Positions 26,158 through 34,984 of a DNA stretch of 47,175 bases are shown in pieces. How positions within the stretch are numbered: position 1 is the first letter of the stretch; each line of letters begins with the position of its first letter. Source of the DNA: a virus. Its lineage: Duplodnaviria > Caudoviricetes. A model generated the notes under the pieces. It did no database searches and was not told the DNA's origin. It worked only from the letters and a program-made list of their open reading frames with translations. The stretch lies in IMG/VR virus record IMGVR_UViG_3300038379_000329, positions 1-47,175 of that record. One strand, written 5' to 3'. A program made the position numbers and the translations under genes.

Positions 26158-26414
26158 CGCATCCCCTTCGCGCGCTTCTCGAACTCCGCCACGCGCTTCT
26201 TGTCCGCCTCGGTCATCTTCTTGTGGCACCTCGGGCACCGGAACGTCCCGTCCGGCTCGTGGTACCAGCCGATGGGGTGGTCGCACTTCGCCACGCGCTC
26301 CTTGTGAGGCGCGCGAGTCTGCCACCCCGGCGTGCGGCAGGGATCGCCCTGCCACGCCCCGCACTTCGGACACGGCGGGAGGTTCCACTTCGCCGCGTGC
26401 ATGATGTGGCTCAT
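26154..26414 (-). CDS. Double Zn-finger microprotein
   Basis: CPKCGAWQGDPCRTP...PHKER (same motif as 24..533) plus CDH..CPRC. Confidence 0.65.
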   Translation of the reverse strand: MSHIMHAAKWNLPPCPKCGAWQGDPCRTPGWQTRAPHKERVAKCDHPIGWYHEPDGTFRCPRCHKKMTEADKKRVAEFEKRAKGMR

Positions 26415-26686
26415 GGCGCTTCCGTGAACGGCAGCATCACCTCGATCCACTTCCGCCGCGTGTACGCGTCCTTGTGCTGGAACACGCGCCCGTTCGACGT
26501 GAGCGCGAACATGCTCGTCTCCGCCACCTGAATCTGGACGATGCGCTCCTTCCCCGTGCCGTTGCAGCGGGCGCAGACCATCTCCAGCAACACGCCCGGC
26601 CCGACATGGCGCCTCAGCGCGTCCGCGTCCTTCGCGCTGGGCTGGCAGGCGTCGCACGGCCCCAGCGTCGCTTCCTTCTCGCTCAT
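26411..26686 (-). CDS. Small Zn-finger protein
   Basis: CDAC...CARCNGTG (DnaJ-type repeat). Confidence 0.6.
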   Translation of the reverse strand: MSEKEATLGPCDACQPSAKDADALRRHVGPGVLLEMVCARCNGTGKERIVQIQVAETSMFALTSNGRVFQHKDAYTRRKWIEVMLPFTEAP

Positions 26687-27090
26687 GCATCACCTTCCAG
26701 CTTCTTCGCGAGCAGATCGCACGCATCAGCGATCCCCGCGAGGCGGTAGTACCCCACGTCTCGGTCGTAGTGCACGGCGTCGAGGCGCTCCATGAGCCAG
26801 ACGACGAGGTCCGCGTGGTCGCACTTGGGGGCGTTCGATAGCAGGTTCGCCACCTCCCACCAGTCCGCAGTCCCATCAGCCCACCGGACGTAGGCGTGCT
26901 TCCGATTTTTCAGCGCGAGCACTGTCCCGCTGCCACTTGCCGACTCCGATAGCCGCTCACGGTTGAGCCACACGGTGTCGCCGGTGTCGATGTCGATAGT
27001 CACTTGATCTTCCTTCGTGGCCCGGAGCGCCCGGAGCTTCTCGGTCTCCTCATCGTTCATGGGCTTCTCGCTCTCCCCTCTCGCCCCCAT
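26683..27090 (-). CDS. Hypothetical protein with SH3-like segment
   Basis: GDTVWL...GTV...AYVRWADGT; alternative start at 27060. Confidence 0.6.
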   Translation of the reverse strand: MGARGESEKPMNDEETEKLRALRATKEDQVTIDIDTGDTVWLNRERLSESASGSGTVLALKNRKHAYVRWADGTADWWEVANLLSNAPKCDHADLVVWLMERLDAVHYDRDVGYYRLAGIADACDLLAKKLEGDA

Positions 27091-27212
27091 GAAGGGGGCG
27101 CTGCTATGCTCGCCCGGGGAGCCTAGATTGTTTTCAGTGGACCCGCGAGCAGAATCGTCGGATCAGTGCATCTCCAAGCACGCACGGTGTCGGACGAAGG
27201 GGAGGATGTGAC

Positions 27213-28670
27213 ATGCCCAGGGAAGCACGGCCGAAGGGGCCCAAGATCATCACGCATCGTGAGCCTGACGCCAGGAAGGAGCGATGCCAGGTCTGCAAGC
27301 AGACGATGGAGAGGGTCACGCCAGGGCACCTGCGCGAGCACGGACTGAGCATCGCTCGCTATGAGCGTATGTACGGGGCGCGTCGCGCGCCTTCGCGTGC
27401 CGAGCGCGGATCGGTGAGTGATCCGACCGACCCGCCGACGGACCTCATCGCGACTGTAGGCGAGCGCCTCACCGAGTCGAAGGTCTGGATCGCGTGCCTC
27501 GCGGACGAGGTGGGCGAGAGGATGCTCAACGGCCCTCTACGCCATCGCCTGACCGCCATGCTCGCCACCATGCTCCACCAGCGGGCGCGCGTTCACGGCG
27601 AGGCCATCGCGATCCTCTCCTCGGCGCTGGAGGAGGTGCGCCAGGAGTGGCGGACTACGCACGGCGGCGCCGGTGGTGGCCCCACGGACACCGACACCCT
27701 CCTGCGCATGATCGACCGCGCGGCGAAGCTCGTGGAGTCGAGCGAGGACGCCGTGCAGCGGACCATCAAGCTCGCCCTGGAGGAGCAGAAGGCCGCGCAC
27801 CAGTACGCCGACAACATGGGGCCGACCCTGTACACGGGCACCGGCGAGAAGCTCGACATGCCCGCCGGCCTCCCGGCGAGCGACCGCGAGACCATGAGGA
27901 ACCTGCTCGCCTTGATCGGCAAGGCGGCGAACGAGCGGGGCACCCTCGACGCCGAGGTAGTCGAGCGCGGCGATGCGCATACCAGCGTACCTGGCGATGC
28001 GCAAGCCCCCTCCCCCACCCCCCACCCCTCCCCCCTCGTGGACGACGATGGGCATACCCGTGTACCTGGCGATGCCCATCGCGACCCTCGCGAGTTCGCC
28101 CAGGGTAACGAGCCCCCCACCCCCCTCCCCCACCCGGCCCCTGGGGGGCCCACCACCCCCGCCGGCGCCCCCCACCCCCCTGGCCCTGGGAAGCGGACCG
28201 CGACGCGCACGCGGGGATCGGTGACTGATCCGACCGCCTCGACGGCCACGGCGAGCACCTCGACCCCCACCCCCTCCCGGCGCCCCCACCCCCGGCCGCT
28301 CGATGCGGACGAGCCCGTCAACGACCCCGGGCCGCGGAGCGCGCAGGCGGGGGGCCCCGCACAGCACCGGAAATCTGTGAGCGAAGTCCAGGGGGTCGGA
28401 CCGGGGGGTCATCGTCAAGGCGCTCCCGACGAAGGGGGCGGTGATGGGAGCGATACTCCCTCCCCTGCCGATGCATCGCTGGGTGAACCTGGACGGAAGC
28501 GCCGGGGCGGTCCGAGGCCGCCGGGTGACGGGGGGCGGGCCAAGCGGGAGAAGCATCGTCAGGAGTGGCAGGCGTTCCGTGCTGCCGAGCAGACCGCCAA
28601 GGTGGGCAAGGGGCGGAAGGGGAAGCGGGGGCCGAACCGAGGGAACGACCGGGGCGGGCGCAGGGCGTGA
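27213..28670 (+). CDS. Zn-finger/helical protein with a long low-complexity C-terminus (possible small terminase or regulator)
   Basis: CQVC...HLREHGL...YERMYG; helical core to about 27960, then C-rich and G-rich tracts; GGGGAGG SD. Confidence 0.55.
   Translation: MPREARPKGPKIITHREPDARKERCQVCKQTMERVTPGHLREHGLSIARYERMYGARRAPSRAERGSVSDPTDPPTDLIATVGERLTESKVWIACLADEVGERMLNGPLRHRLTAMLATMLHQRARVHGEAIAILSSALEEVRQEWRTTHGGAGGGPTDTDTLLRMIDRAAKLVESSEDAVQRTIKLALEEQKAAHQYADNMGPTLYTGTGEKLDMPAGLPASDRETMRNLLALIGKAANERGTLDAEVVERGDAHTSVPGDAQAPSPTPHPSPLVDDDGHTRVPGDAHRDPREFAQGNEPPTPLPHPAPGGPTTPAGAPHPPGPGKRTATRTRGSVTDPTASTATASTSTPTPSRRPHPRPLDADEPVNDPGPRSAQAGGPAQHRKSVSEVQGVGPGGHRQGAPDEGGGDGSDTPSPADASLGEPGRKRRGGPRPPGDGGRAKREKHRQEWQAFRAAEQTAKVGKGRKGKRGPNRGNDRGGRRA
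27972..28080 (+). repeat. Two copies of a hairpin-forming element with a shared 16-nt loop
   Basis: TGCGCAT-ACCAGCGTACCTGGCG-ATGCGCA and GATGGGCAT-ACCCGTGTACCTGGCG-ATGCCCATC. Confidence 0.65.
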
Positions 28671-28828
28671 GCGGAGCGGAGGACGGGGGCGGGGGGAGGT
28701 GGAGAGGAGAGCGCCACGACGCGGCCCTGCGACGATGGGAACACGCGCCCCACCAGCCCAAGGGCGGAGGCGGGAACGGGGGGCGAGCGAAGCGGCGGCG
28801 GGGAGAGGACGAAGGGAGCGAGGAGGAC

Positions 28829-29068
28829 ATGGAGGCAGTGGGGAGCGAGGGGGCGAGCGGGAACGGCGAGGAGCCCCCATCGCCAGGACGGAGGAAGCGC
28901 CGGCGGGTGGCGGGGCAGGCGGTGGCGGGCCGGCTGCCGCGACCGTGCCGGGAGTTCGTGGCAGGCGGGGAGCGCGGGCTGTGTCCGCGATGCGGATGGG
29001 GCCTGTATCCGCACGGGGTGTCTCGGGTGGTGGACCGGAAGAAGGATCGAGAAGGACCGGAGGAGTGA
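28829..29068 (+). CDS. Small Zn-finger protein
   Basis: GAGGAGG SD; PCREF...LCPRCGWGLYPH, same motif as 18069..18347; may start at GTG 28667. Confidence 0.55.
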   Translation: MEAVGSEGASGNGEEPPSPGRRKRRRVAGQAVAGRLPRPCREFVAGGERGLCPRCGWGLYPHGVSRVVDRKKDREGPEE

Positions 29069-29070
29069 CG

Positions 29071-30513
29071 ATGCGAAGCTGGGTGCGTTCTAGCGTGATG
29101 ACCGCGGGGCGAAGCGACAAAGTGGTAACGGCCATCGTCAGCCTGGCGGCGTGCCTGGCGACGAGCGGCTGCCTGTCTCCGGGGGAGACGTGGCGCGAGG
29201 CGGGGGAGGGGGTAGAGATGCCGACCTCGCCGCCCGGGGCCGACACGCGCTGGCTCCTGGGCCTGGAGGAGCGGCCGGTCGATCCGCGTGGGTTGGCGAT
29301 GTGGGCCGAGGCGGCCGAGGCCCGCGTGACCGGCGCCACGGTGGAGGGGGTGGTGTTCCAGCCCCGCGTGGACGGGGGGTACGGGACGGGCGGCGACTCG
29401 ATGCTGTTCTCGGGGACCGCGCTCGCCGGGTGGTGCTGGAAGTACGCGGCGCTCGGGCGGTGCGAGGAGGACCGCGCCGGCGTGCTGGCCGGGCTGCGCG
29501 GGCTGTGGTGGCTCACGCACGCCGCGGGGCGCGGGGTGCTCGCGCGGTGCGTGTTCCCCAAGGAGCGCGAGCGCGAGTTCGGCTGGCCGGAGCAATGGAG
29601 CGGACGGGAGTTCCTCGGGGAGAGCCCTGTGACGAACGACCCTCTCGGCGGGGCCTTCCCGGCCGGGCGGTGGTACACGCGCGCGACCCGCGACCAGTTG
29701 ACCGGCCTCGTGCTCGGGCTGTCCGTGGCCTGGCGGACGTGCGTGCTGGACGAGCCGGACGCCGAGTTCGCCGGGAAGGTGCGGGCGGTCGTGGCGCCGC
29801 TCGTGGCGGACGTGCTCGCGCACCTCGACGCGCACGGTTGGAGCATCCGCGACGCTCAGGGCGAGAACGACACCGGAGCGGACGACGTGGACGGGCTGCT
29901 CAAGGTCGGACTGCTCGGGCTCGGCTGGCGGACCGGGGTGGTGAGCGCCGAGCAGTACGCCGACGAGTTCTCTGGATGGGAGTCGTCGTACTGGTGGTCC
30001 GGGATGTTCGACGGCTGGTCCAACCTCTCGCAGTACTACGCCCACAACCTGCGCGTGCATCGCTCCCTGGCGGTGTGGACGCTGGACGACGACCCGCGCC
30101 GGAAGATGGCGGTGCAGGAGTACGCCGAGGCGCACTGGCGCGAGCCGACGCGCGGGCACCTCAACGCCTGGTTCGCGCTCGCGTGGTACCGGATGAGCAG
30201 CGACACCGACGGGCTCGCGGAGGGCGTCACGGCGCTCGGCCAGTTGATGTCCAAGCCCACGCGCCTGTGGTCCTCGCCGCTCGCCGGCGTGTGGGACGAC
30301 GCGCCGCCGTTCACGGCGGTCTTGTTCGGCACCGAGGGGCGATGGGTCCTGCCCGTGTACTTGCGTGAGCCCGCGTGGTACTGGACCTGGCAGGACGGAC
30401 CGTGGGAGGTGGGCGAGCTTCCGCACGACGACCGCGGCGAGCGCGCGTGGACGGGGCTCGACTTCTTCGTCCCGTACTGGCTCATGAGGGCCTCGGGCTT
30501 CCCCGGCGAGTGA
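29071..30513 (+). CDS. Predicted lipoprotein, Trp-rich helical (alpha/alpha toroid, glycosidase-like) enzyme
   Basis: GGAGGAG SD; hydrophobic stretch plus lipobox-like LATSG-C; GDS.LFSG..LA, G.LAR, TRDQLTG motifs. Confidence 0.6.
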   Translation: MRSWVRSSVMTAGRSDKVVTAIVSLAACLATSGCLSPGETWREAGEGVEMPTSPPGADTRWLLGLEERPVDPRGLAMWAEAAEARVTGATVEGVVFQPRVDGGYGTGGDSMLFSGTALAGWCWKYAALGRCEEDRAGVLAGLRGLWWLTHAAGRGVLARCVFPKEREREFGWPEQWSGREFLGESPVTNDPLGGAFPAGRWYTRATRDQLTGLVLGLSVAWRTCVLDEPDAEFAGKVRAVVAPLVADVLAHLDAHGWSIRDAQGENDTGADDVDGLLKVGLLGLGWRTGVVSAEQYADEFSGWESSYWWSGMFDGWSNLSQYYAHNLRVHRSLAVWTLDDDPRRKMAVQEYAEAHWREPTRGHLNAWFALAWYRMSSDTDGLAEGVTALGQLMSKPTRLWSSPLAGVWDDAPPFTAVLFGTEGRWVLPVYLREPAWYWTWQDGPWEVGELPHDDRGERAWTGLDFFVPYWLMRASGFPGE

Positions 30514-30537
30514 GGTAGGATCGCTCGGCGGAGAGCG
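30497..30537 (+). promoter_or_regulatory. RBS-sequestering hairpin with TAGGAT at its loop
   Basis: CGAGTGA/TCGCTCG stem, TAGGAT 30516-30521, SD GGAGAG in the extended 3' arm. Confidence 0.45.
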
Positions 30538-30539
30538 CG

Positions 30540-32588
30540 ATGAACAAGAAGCACGAGTCGCTGGCGCTGTTGCGCAAGGGGGCGATCATGTCGATGTCTG
30601 TTGAGCCGTTCGAGCGCGCGGTGCGCGAGAGCCAGATGCCCGTCGGCGCGCTCGTGGAGACGCCGAAGGTGAACGCGGTGACCGCGCGGGTGGACGGCGA
30701 GTTCGACCTCCGCGGGATGCTGAGTCACATCAGCAAGACCGCCAAGAGCGGCCACTCGTTCACGATCATCGTGGACCCCGAGGACGTGACGAACAAGAAG
30801 GTGTTCGGCGTGGACGGCGACGGCCAGGACCGGGTGGAAGTCATCGAGCGGTTGAAGGAGCGCGCCGGCGAGGACGGATGGGTGGACCTGCTCGAAGCTG
30901 CCCCGCTCGATGAGAAGATCCTCCTCCCGCCGGTGAAGCCCGGCCACGTTCGCCTATACCGCGGCACGCCAGTGAAGCACAAAGTGCAATCGCTCGCGAA
31001 GGCCGACCCATACGCGTTGTTCGGGCCAGGGATCTACCTCACGTCGAGCAAGCGCATCGCCGGAGACTACACCACGAAGGGAGCGCACAGCGACCAGGGC
31101 GTCATCTTCCGTTACCAGGGTAGGCGCGGAGTGGTCAGCAAGCAGGAAGTCATCGACACGTTCATCCGGCAGACGGCGCGATATATGGACGACGAAGGCC
31201 GCCCGTCGTGGGAACAGCCGATGGGACACCTCGGCCGCGAGTACGAGAAGTTCCACTTCTCGGACGACCCCGGCACGCGGCAGCGTAAGACGCAGGCGGC
31301 AGCCCTTTGGAAGAAGATGGAGAAGGACCACGAAGTGCGCATCGGGGCTGACGGTGTGGCTGTCATCCGCAAGAAGCAAAACCCGGCCGACGTGGCGGTG
31401 TACGACGTGCCGCAAGCGTGGATCGCCGCGACCATCGACGCCGAGGCGGAGACGGACGAGCGCGTGGCGCTCGCCATGCACGACGCGCTCAAGGCGTACT
31501 ACGTGAACCCGCGCGACGCCGGCGAGGTGTACGACTTCGCGATGGGCAAGGACAACGACACGGGCGACCGGCCCGCCTTCCGCCAGGTGTACGCGCGCTG
31601 GCGGCACGAACTTGGCGACAAGCACGCGATCTTCCGCCGCGAGTTGAAGGACCGCGGCGTGAAGGTCAAGGGCGTGCGTTACCAGGGCGGCGTCACGATG
31701 GGCGGTGGTGGCCGCCACGAGGCGTTCGCGTTCTGGGACGAGCAGGGCCTCGCGAAGCTGCGCGTCAACGAGTCGATGGACGAAGCGAAGGCGCCGCCCG
31801 GCGCGAAGCGCGCGAAGAAGTTGGTCGCCATCACGCAGAAGGCCCGCGAGAAGGAGACGGCCGCCGGGGAGCGTCATCGGGCGACCCTGGCGAAGATCCG
31901 CCAGGCGACGGCGGACGCGCAGCGCAAGGCGCTGATGACGACCGAGGCGCACGAGCGGATGCTGGCCGAGGCCGCGATGAAGGTGAGCGACCTGCCGGCG
32001 AACGTCGGCGTGCAGGTGAAGCGCGAGCGCGGCACCGCCATGCGCGTGACGTACTGGAACCTCTCGGCCGACCGCCGCGCGTTCAAGAAGCAGCGCGACC
32101 CGGTGGAGGGCTACATCCTGATGGACCAGAAGGCCCTCGGGGGGAAGCCCATCGGCAAGTGCGGCGAGGCGTTCATGATCCAGTGGGCTGGCGCGACGAA
32201 GGGCTGGGGGCCGCTGCTGTACGACGTGGCGCTCGAAGTCGCCACGAAGCTCGGCGGTGGGCTCATGGCCGACCGGCACAGCGTGAGCCCGGACGCGCAC
32301 GGCGTGTGGTCGTACTACGTCACGCGCCGGCCGGACGTGAAGGTGCATCAGCTTGACGACATGGACCCGCCGCACCTCACGCCGACGAAGAAGGACGACT
32401 GCGCGCAGGTGTCCGCGAAGTCCTGGGGGCAGAACATGGTGCCGCCGACGGAGTGGCCCGGCACCCCCGAGTCGAAGCGCATCACGAAGTCGAGCATGAC
32501 GACGCTGCTGGCGCTCGTGGACGCCGGCCGACTCAAGCTCGACCACATCACCGCGGCGGAGCTTGGCCTCTCGCTCGCGGCGGTCTGA
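30540..32588 (+). CDS. Polyvalent protein: small unknown domain + ADP-ribosyltransferase-like domain + GNAT acetyltransferase-like domain
   Basis: LYRGT..FGPGIYLTSS...AGDY...GVRY...HEAFAFWD (ART); GWGPLLYDVALE...GLMADRHSVSPDAHGVW (GNAT). Confidence 0.72.
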   Translation: MNKKHESLALLRKGAIMSMSVEPFERAVRESQMPVGALVETPKVNAVTARVDGEFDLRGMLSHISKTAKSGHSFTIIVDPEDVTNKKVFGVDGDGQDRVEVIERLKERAGEDGWVDLLEAAPLDEKILLPPVKPGHVRLYRGTPVKHKVQSLAKADPYALFGPGIYLTSSKRIAGDYTTKGAHSDQGVIFRYQGRRGVVSKQEVIDTFIRQTARYMDDEGRPSWEQPMGHLGREYEKFHFSDDPGTRQRKTQAAALWKKMEKDHEVRIGADGVAVIRKKQNPADVAVYDVPQAWIAATIDAEAETDERVALAMHDALKAYYVNPRDAGEVYDFAMGKDNDTGDRPAFRQVYARWRHELGDKHAIFRRELKDRGVKVKGVRYQGGVTMGGGGRHEAFAFWDEQGLAKLRVNESMDEAKAPPGAKRAKKLVAITQKAREKETAAGERHRATLAKIRQATADAQRKALMTTEAHERMLAEAAMKVSDLPANVGVQVKRERGTAMRVTYWNLSADRRAFKKQRDPVEGYILMDQKALGGKPIGKCGEAFMIQWAGATKGWGPLLYDVALEVATKLGGGLMADRHSVSPDAHGVWSYYVTRRPDVKVHQLDDMDPPHLTPTKKDDCAQVSAKSWGQNMVPPTEWPGTPESKRITKSSMTTLLALVDAGRLKLDHITAAELGLSLAAV

Positions 32589-32598
32589 GGAGGGCATC

Positions 32599-33033
32599 AT
32601 GGGCAAGGTCTGGACCGACGAGGAGTGCGAGCCGTTCGACACCGTGTTCCGCTCGGCGCTCGTGAACAAGGTCGTGGACGCGGACACGTTCGACCTGCGC
32701 GTGTTCACCGGCTTCGGCACGCTCGCGGACACGCGCGTGCGCCTGCTCGGTGAGGGCGTGCTCCTGACGCCGCTCGACGCGCGCGACGACGGGGTGGACG
32801 CCTGGGAGGTGAAGGGCGAGGAGCGCGAGAAGGGCGTCGTGGCAAAGGCGCGCGTCGAGGCGCTCGTCCACCCGGGCGACGAGGTGCGCATCTTCTCGAA
32901 GCGCGGCGGGAAGCTCGACGGCCTGCGCCGCTACCTGGCGATGATCCTCGTGAACACCATGCCGGGCGGGTGGGTCAGCCTGGGCGACCTGCTCGTGGAG
33001 GAGGGCCACGCCACTCCCTGGACGCGCGCGTGA
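32599..33033 (+). CDS. Thermonuclease (SNase-family) nuclease
   Basis: KVVDADTFDL..RVRLLG..VDAWE...G..AK....KLDGLRRYLA...LVEEGHA. Confidence 0.85.
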   Translation: MGKVWTDEECEPFDTVFRSALVNKVVDADTFDLRVFTGFGTLADTRVRLLGEGVLLTPLDARDDGVDAWEVKGEEREKGVVAKARVEALVHPGDEVRIFSKRGGKLDGLRRYLAMILVNTMPGGWVSLGDLLVEEGHATPWTRA

Positions 33034-33230
33034 CCGACCGGCGACTGGCGGGGCTCTCCCCGAAGGTCATCTGCGAGCAGCTTGAGTGGATGGCCTCGCG
33101 CGTGCGCGACATGGAGGAGGCGGCCCGCGCCCACAACTGGCTCACGCCCGCGGCGCTCGACAAGCTGACGATCATCGCCATCGCGCTCGACAAGACGCAC
33201 GCCGAGGTGTCGCGTGACCTCCGCGCATGA
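33030..33230 (+). CDS. Hypothetical helical protein
   Basis: GTGA coupling to the nuclease stop. Confidence 0.55.
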   Translation: MTDRRLAGLSPKVICEQLEWMASRVRDMEEAARAHNWLTPAALDKLTIIAIALDKTHAEVSRDLRA

Positions 33231-33450
33231 CGCTCTCCCCGAGCGCATGTCGTTCGCGGCGGTGTCGCGCTTCCTCGGCGTGCCCGTGCGCTGTCTGCAT
33301 GGGAAGTACGTCAGGGCTGGGCTCCTGCCGTGGCCCGACCGCGCGACGCTGACGTGGGCGAAGGCTGACGTGCTCGCGCTCTGGCGCTGGTTCGAGGCCC
33401 AGCGCGTGGGCGACGCCAGCGTGCCTCGACCGCATCACGTCACGCACTGA
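33214..33450 (+). CDS. Excisionase/AlpA-like winged HTH protein
   Basis: MSFAAVSRFLGVPVRCL...VRAGLLPWP.....W...DV. Confidence 0.55.
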   Translation: MTSAHDALPERMSFAAVSRFLGVPVRCLHGKYVRAGLLPWPDRATLTWAKADVLALWRWFEAQRVGDASVPRPHHVTH

Positions 33451-33559
33451 TCCGACGGTCGCCCTTGACATCCGCTGTGCGCTGGGCAAAGGTGCAAAGT
33501 GGTAGCGTCATGACAGGGGGTGTCATGATGCGCGTCAGGGGTCGGGGTCGGAGGCAGAG

Positions 33560-33739
33560 ATGACCGTCGCGGATCGCTACGAGGGACAGGAGGCCGGCGC
33601 CTGCGGGTGCGGGTCCCTGCTCGTCTGGACGATGGGCGCCGACGGCCAGTGGCACGTCGCGCACGCGGACCCGGAGGCGGAGCTTGCGTGCTCGGCCATG
33701 ACCGACACGCCGAGCGACGTGGACGAGGTGGCCGTCTAG
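33560..33739 (+). CDS. 59-aa hypothetical protein (absent from ORF track)
   Basis: GGAGG SD; MTVADRYEGQEAGACGCGSLLVWTMGADGQWHVAHADPEAELACSAMTDTPSDVDEVAV. Confidence 0.6.
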   Translation: MTVADRYEGQEAGACGCGSLLVWTMGADGQWHVAHADPEAELACSAMTDTPSDVDEVAV

Positions 33740-33770
33740 GGAAGGGTGCGTTGATCGCCCCTTCAAGTCT

Positions 33771-33833
33771 CGGGTCGCGTTTGCTAACCTTCTCCGGCCG
33801 GGTATCCTCCCCGGCCTGAGAGGACGCGACCCG
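33771..33833 (+). promoter_or_regulatory. RBS/start-sequestering hairpin with TATCCT in its loop
   Basis: CGGGTCGCGT/ACGCGACCCG and GGCCGGG/CCCGGCC stems; TATCCT 33803-33808; SD GAGAGG and the GTG start lie in the 3' arm. Confidence 0.6.
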
Positions 33834-34396
33834 TGAGCACCGAGCAGCCGATCCCGACCCCACCCGCCTCCCTGCCGCCCATCCCCGCCGGACCTTGGCG
33901 GCGGTGGGACGGCGCCGAGGTGGTGGTCCTCCTCGTGGCGCAGTCGCCCATCGACGGCGGCTGGAGCGTCGTGTACGTCCCGCGCGGCGGGCGCGGCTGG
34001 GAGGTGTACGTCGAGCCCGCCGCGTCGTGGTCCGCCGAGGTGAAGCCCGGCGTGGCGAAGTACGTCCCGGGCGGGCCGGCGGCCGAGGTGCTCGCGCGGC
34101 GCGGCGAGAAGAACGGCGACGGCCAGGGCGCGCGGCGCATCATGCTCTCGACCGTCACCTGCGCGTACAAGGTCCCGAGCGACGAGCAGGCCGCCATCCA
34201 GATGAACGCCCAGGCCGGCATGGGCATCGGCCAGGGGATCGTGAACGCGCTCGCGTCGCAGGCGCAGCACCTCCGCGGCAACGTGCTCGTCTCGATGGTC
34301 GTGCAGGCGCAGGCCGACGGCGAGGAGATGAGCAACCTGGTCATCGCGCCAGCCAACGCGCTGCCGAAGGACCCCATCAACCGCCTGCCTCGCTGA
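33833..34396 (+). CDS. Hypothetical protein
   Basis: GTG start; N-terminus loosely resembles DUF1653 (GPWRRWDG...VVY). Confidence 0.65.
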   Translation: MSTEQPIPTPPASLPPIPAGPWRRWDGAEVVVLLVAQSPIDGGWSVVYVPRGGRGWEVYVEPAASWSAEVKPGVAKYVPGGPAAEVLARRGEKNGDGQGARRIMLSTVTCAYKVPSDEQAAIQMNAQAGMGIGQGIVNALASQAQHLRGNVLVSMVVQAQADGEEMSNLVIAPANALPKDPINRLPR

Positions 34397-34411
34397 ACCG
34401 GGAGGTGGGGG

Positions 34412-34687
34412 GTGGCAGACGAGGCCGACACCGAGTGGTGTCTCATCTGCGAGCAGCGTCCCGCTGAGGGCACGCTGCGGCGCATCTTCGCGGACACGCA
34501 CGCTCCGGTCACGCCGAACCCGCGCGGGCCGGTGCCGCGGGTCTGTCAAGGCTGCGCGGACCAGGCGCACGGGATGCCGTCGTTCTTCGCGAACGGCCGC
34601 GCGACGGCGTGGGAGTTCGTGCTGGAGGACCCGGCCCCGTGGGAGCGTCACGGGGAGCGCCACGGGGAGGAGGACCATCCCTTGTGA
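34412..34687 (+). CDS. Small Zn-finger protein
   Basis: CLIC...VCQGC; GGAGG SD. Confidence 0.6.
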   Translation: MADEADTEWCLICEQRPAEGTLRRIFADTHAPVTPNPRGPVPRVCQGCADQAHGMPSFFANGRATAWEFVLEDPAPWERHGERHGEEDHPL

Positions 34688-34980
34688 GCCGGCCCCGCCT
34701 GTTCGCCACCTGCAAGCGATGCAGCTTTGAGCGCGAGCACTACACGCGCGCCGACGGCACGAAGGTGTCGCCGTGCGTGATGTGCTCCCGCGAGCTTGCT
34801 GCGAAGCGCGAGGAGGCGAAGGCGGCCGACCCGGACCACGCGGCGAAGCGGCGCGAGGTGTACCGCCGCTACAACAACTCGGAGAAGGGCCGCGCCCGGC
34901 TGCACAAGCACCGCGCCGGGGAAGGCGACGACAAGGCGGCCGACGCATCCTCGCTTGACCGCGAGCGCAGCACCGGATAG
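34684..34980 (+). CDS. Small Zn-finger, basic helical protein
   Basis: CKRC...CVMC...YNNSEKGRA; GTGA coupling. Confidence 0.6.
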   Translation: MSRPRLFATCKRCSFEREHYTRADGTKVSPCVMCSRELAAKREEAKAADPDHAAKRREVYRRYNNSEKGRARLHKHRAGEGDDKAADASSLDRERSTG

Positions 34981-34984
34981 CTTC

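Noticed and set aside
28441-29070. N-terminal 210 codons of the 690-aa ORF in the track
   Set aside because: G-rich low-complexity read-through; the SD and signal peptide point to ATG 29071
7086-33450. Prophage integration module (recombinase-like fragment plus excisionase-like HTH)
   Set aside because: No catalytic integrase, att site or host flank in the window, and the two genes are 26 kb apart
33465-33500. Canonical promoter at TTGACA 33465
   Set aside because: No acceptable -10 hexamer at 16-18 bp spacing
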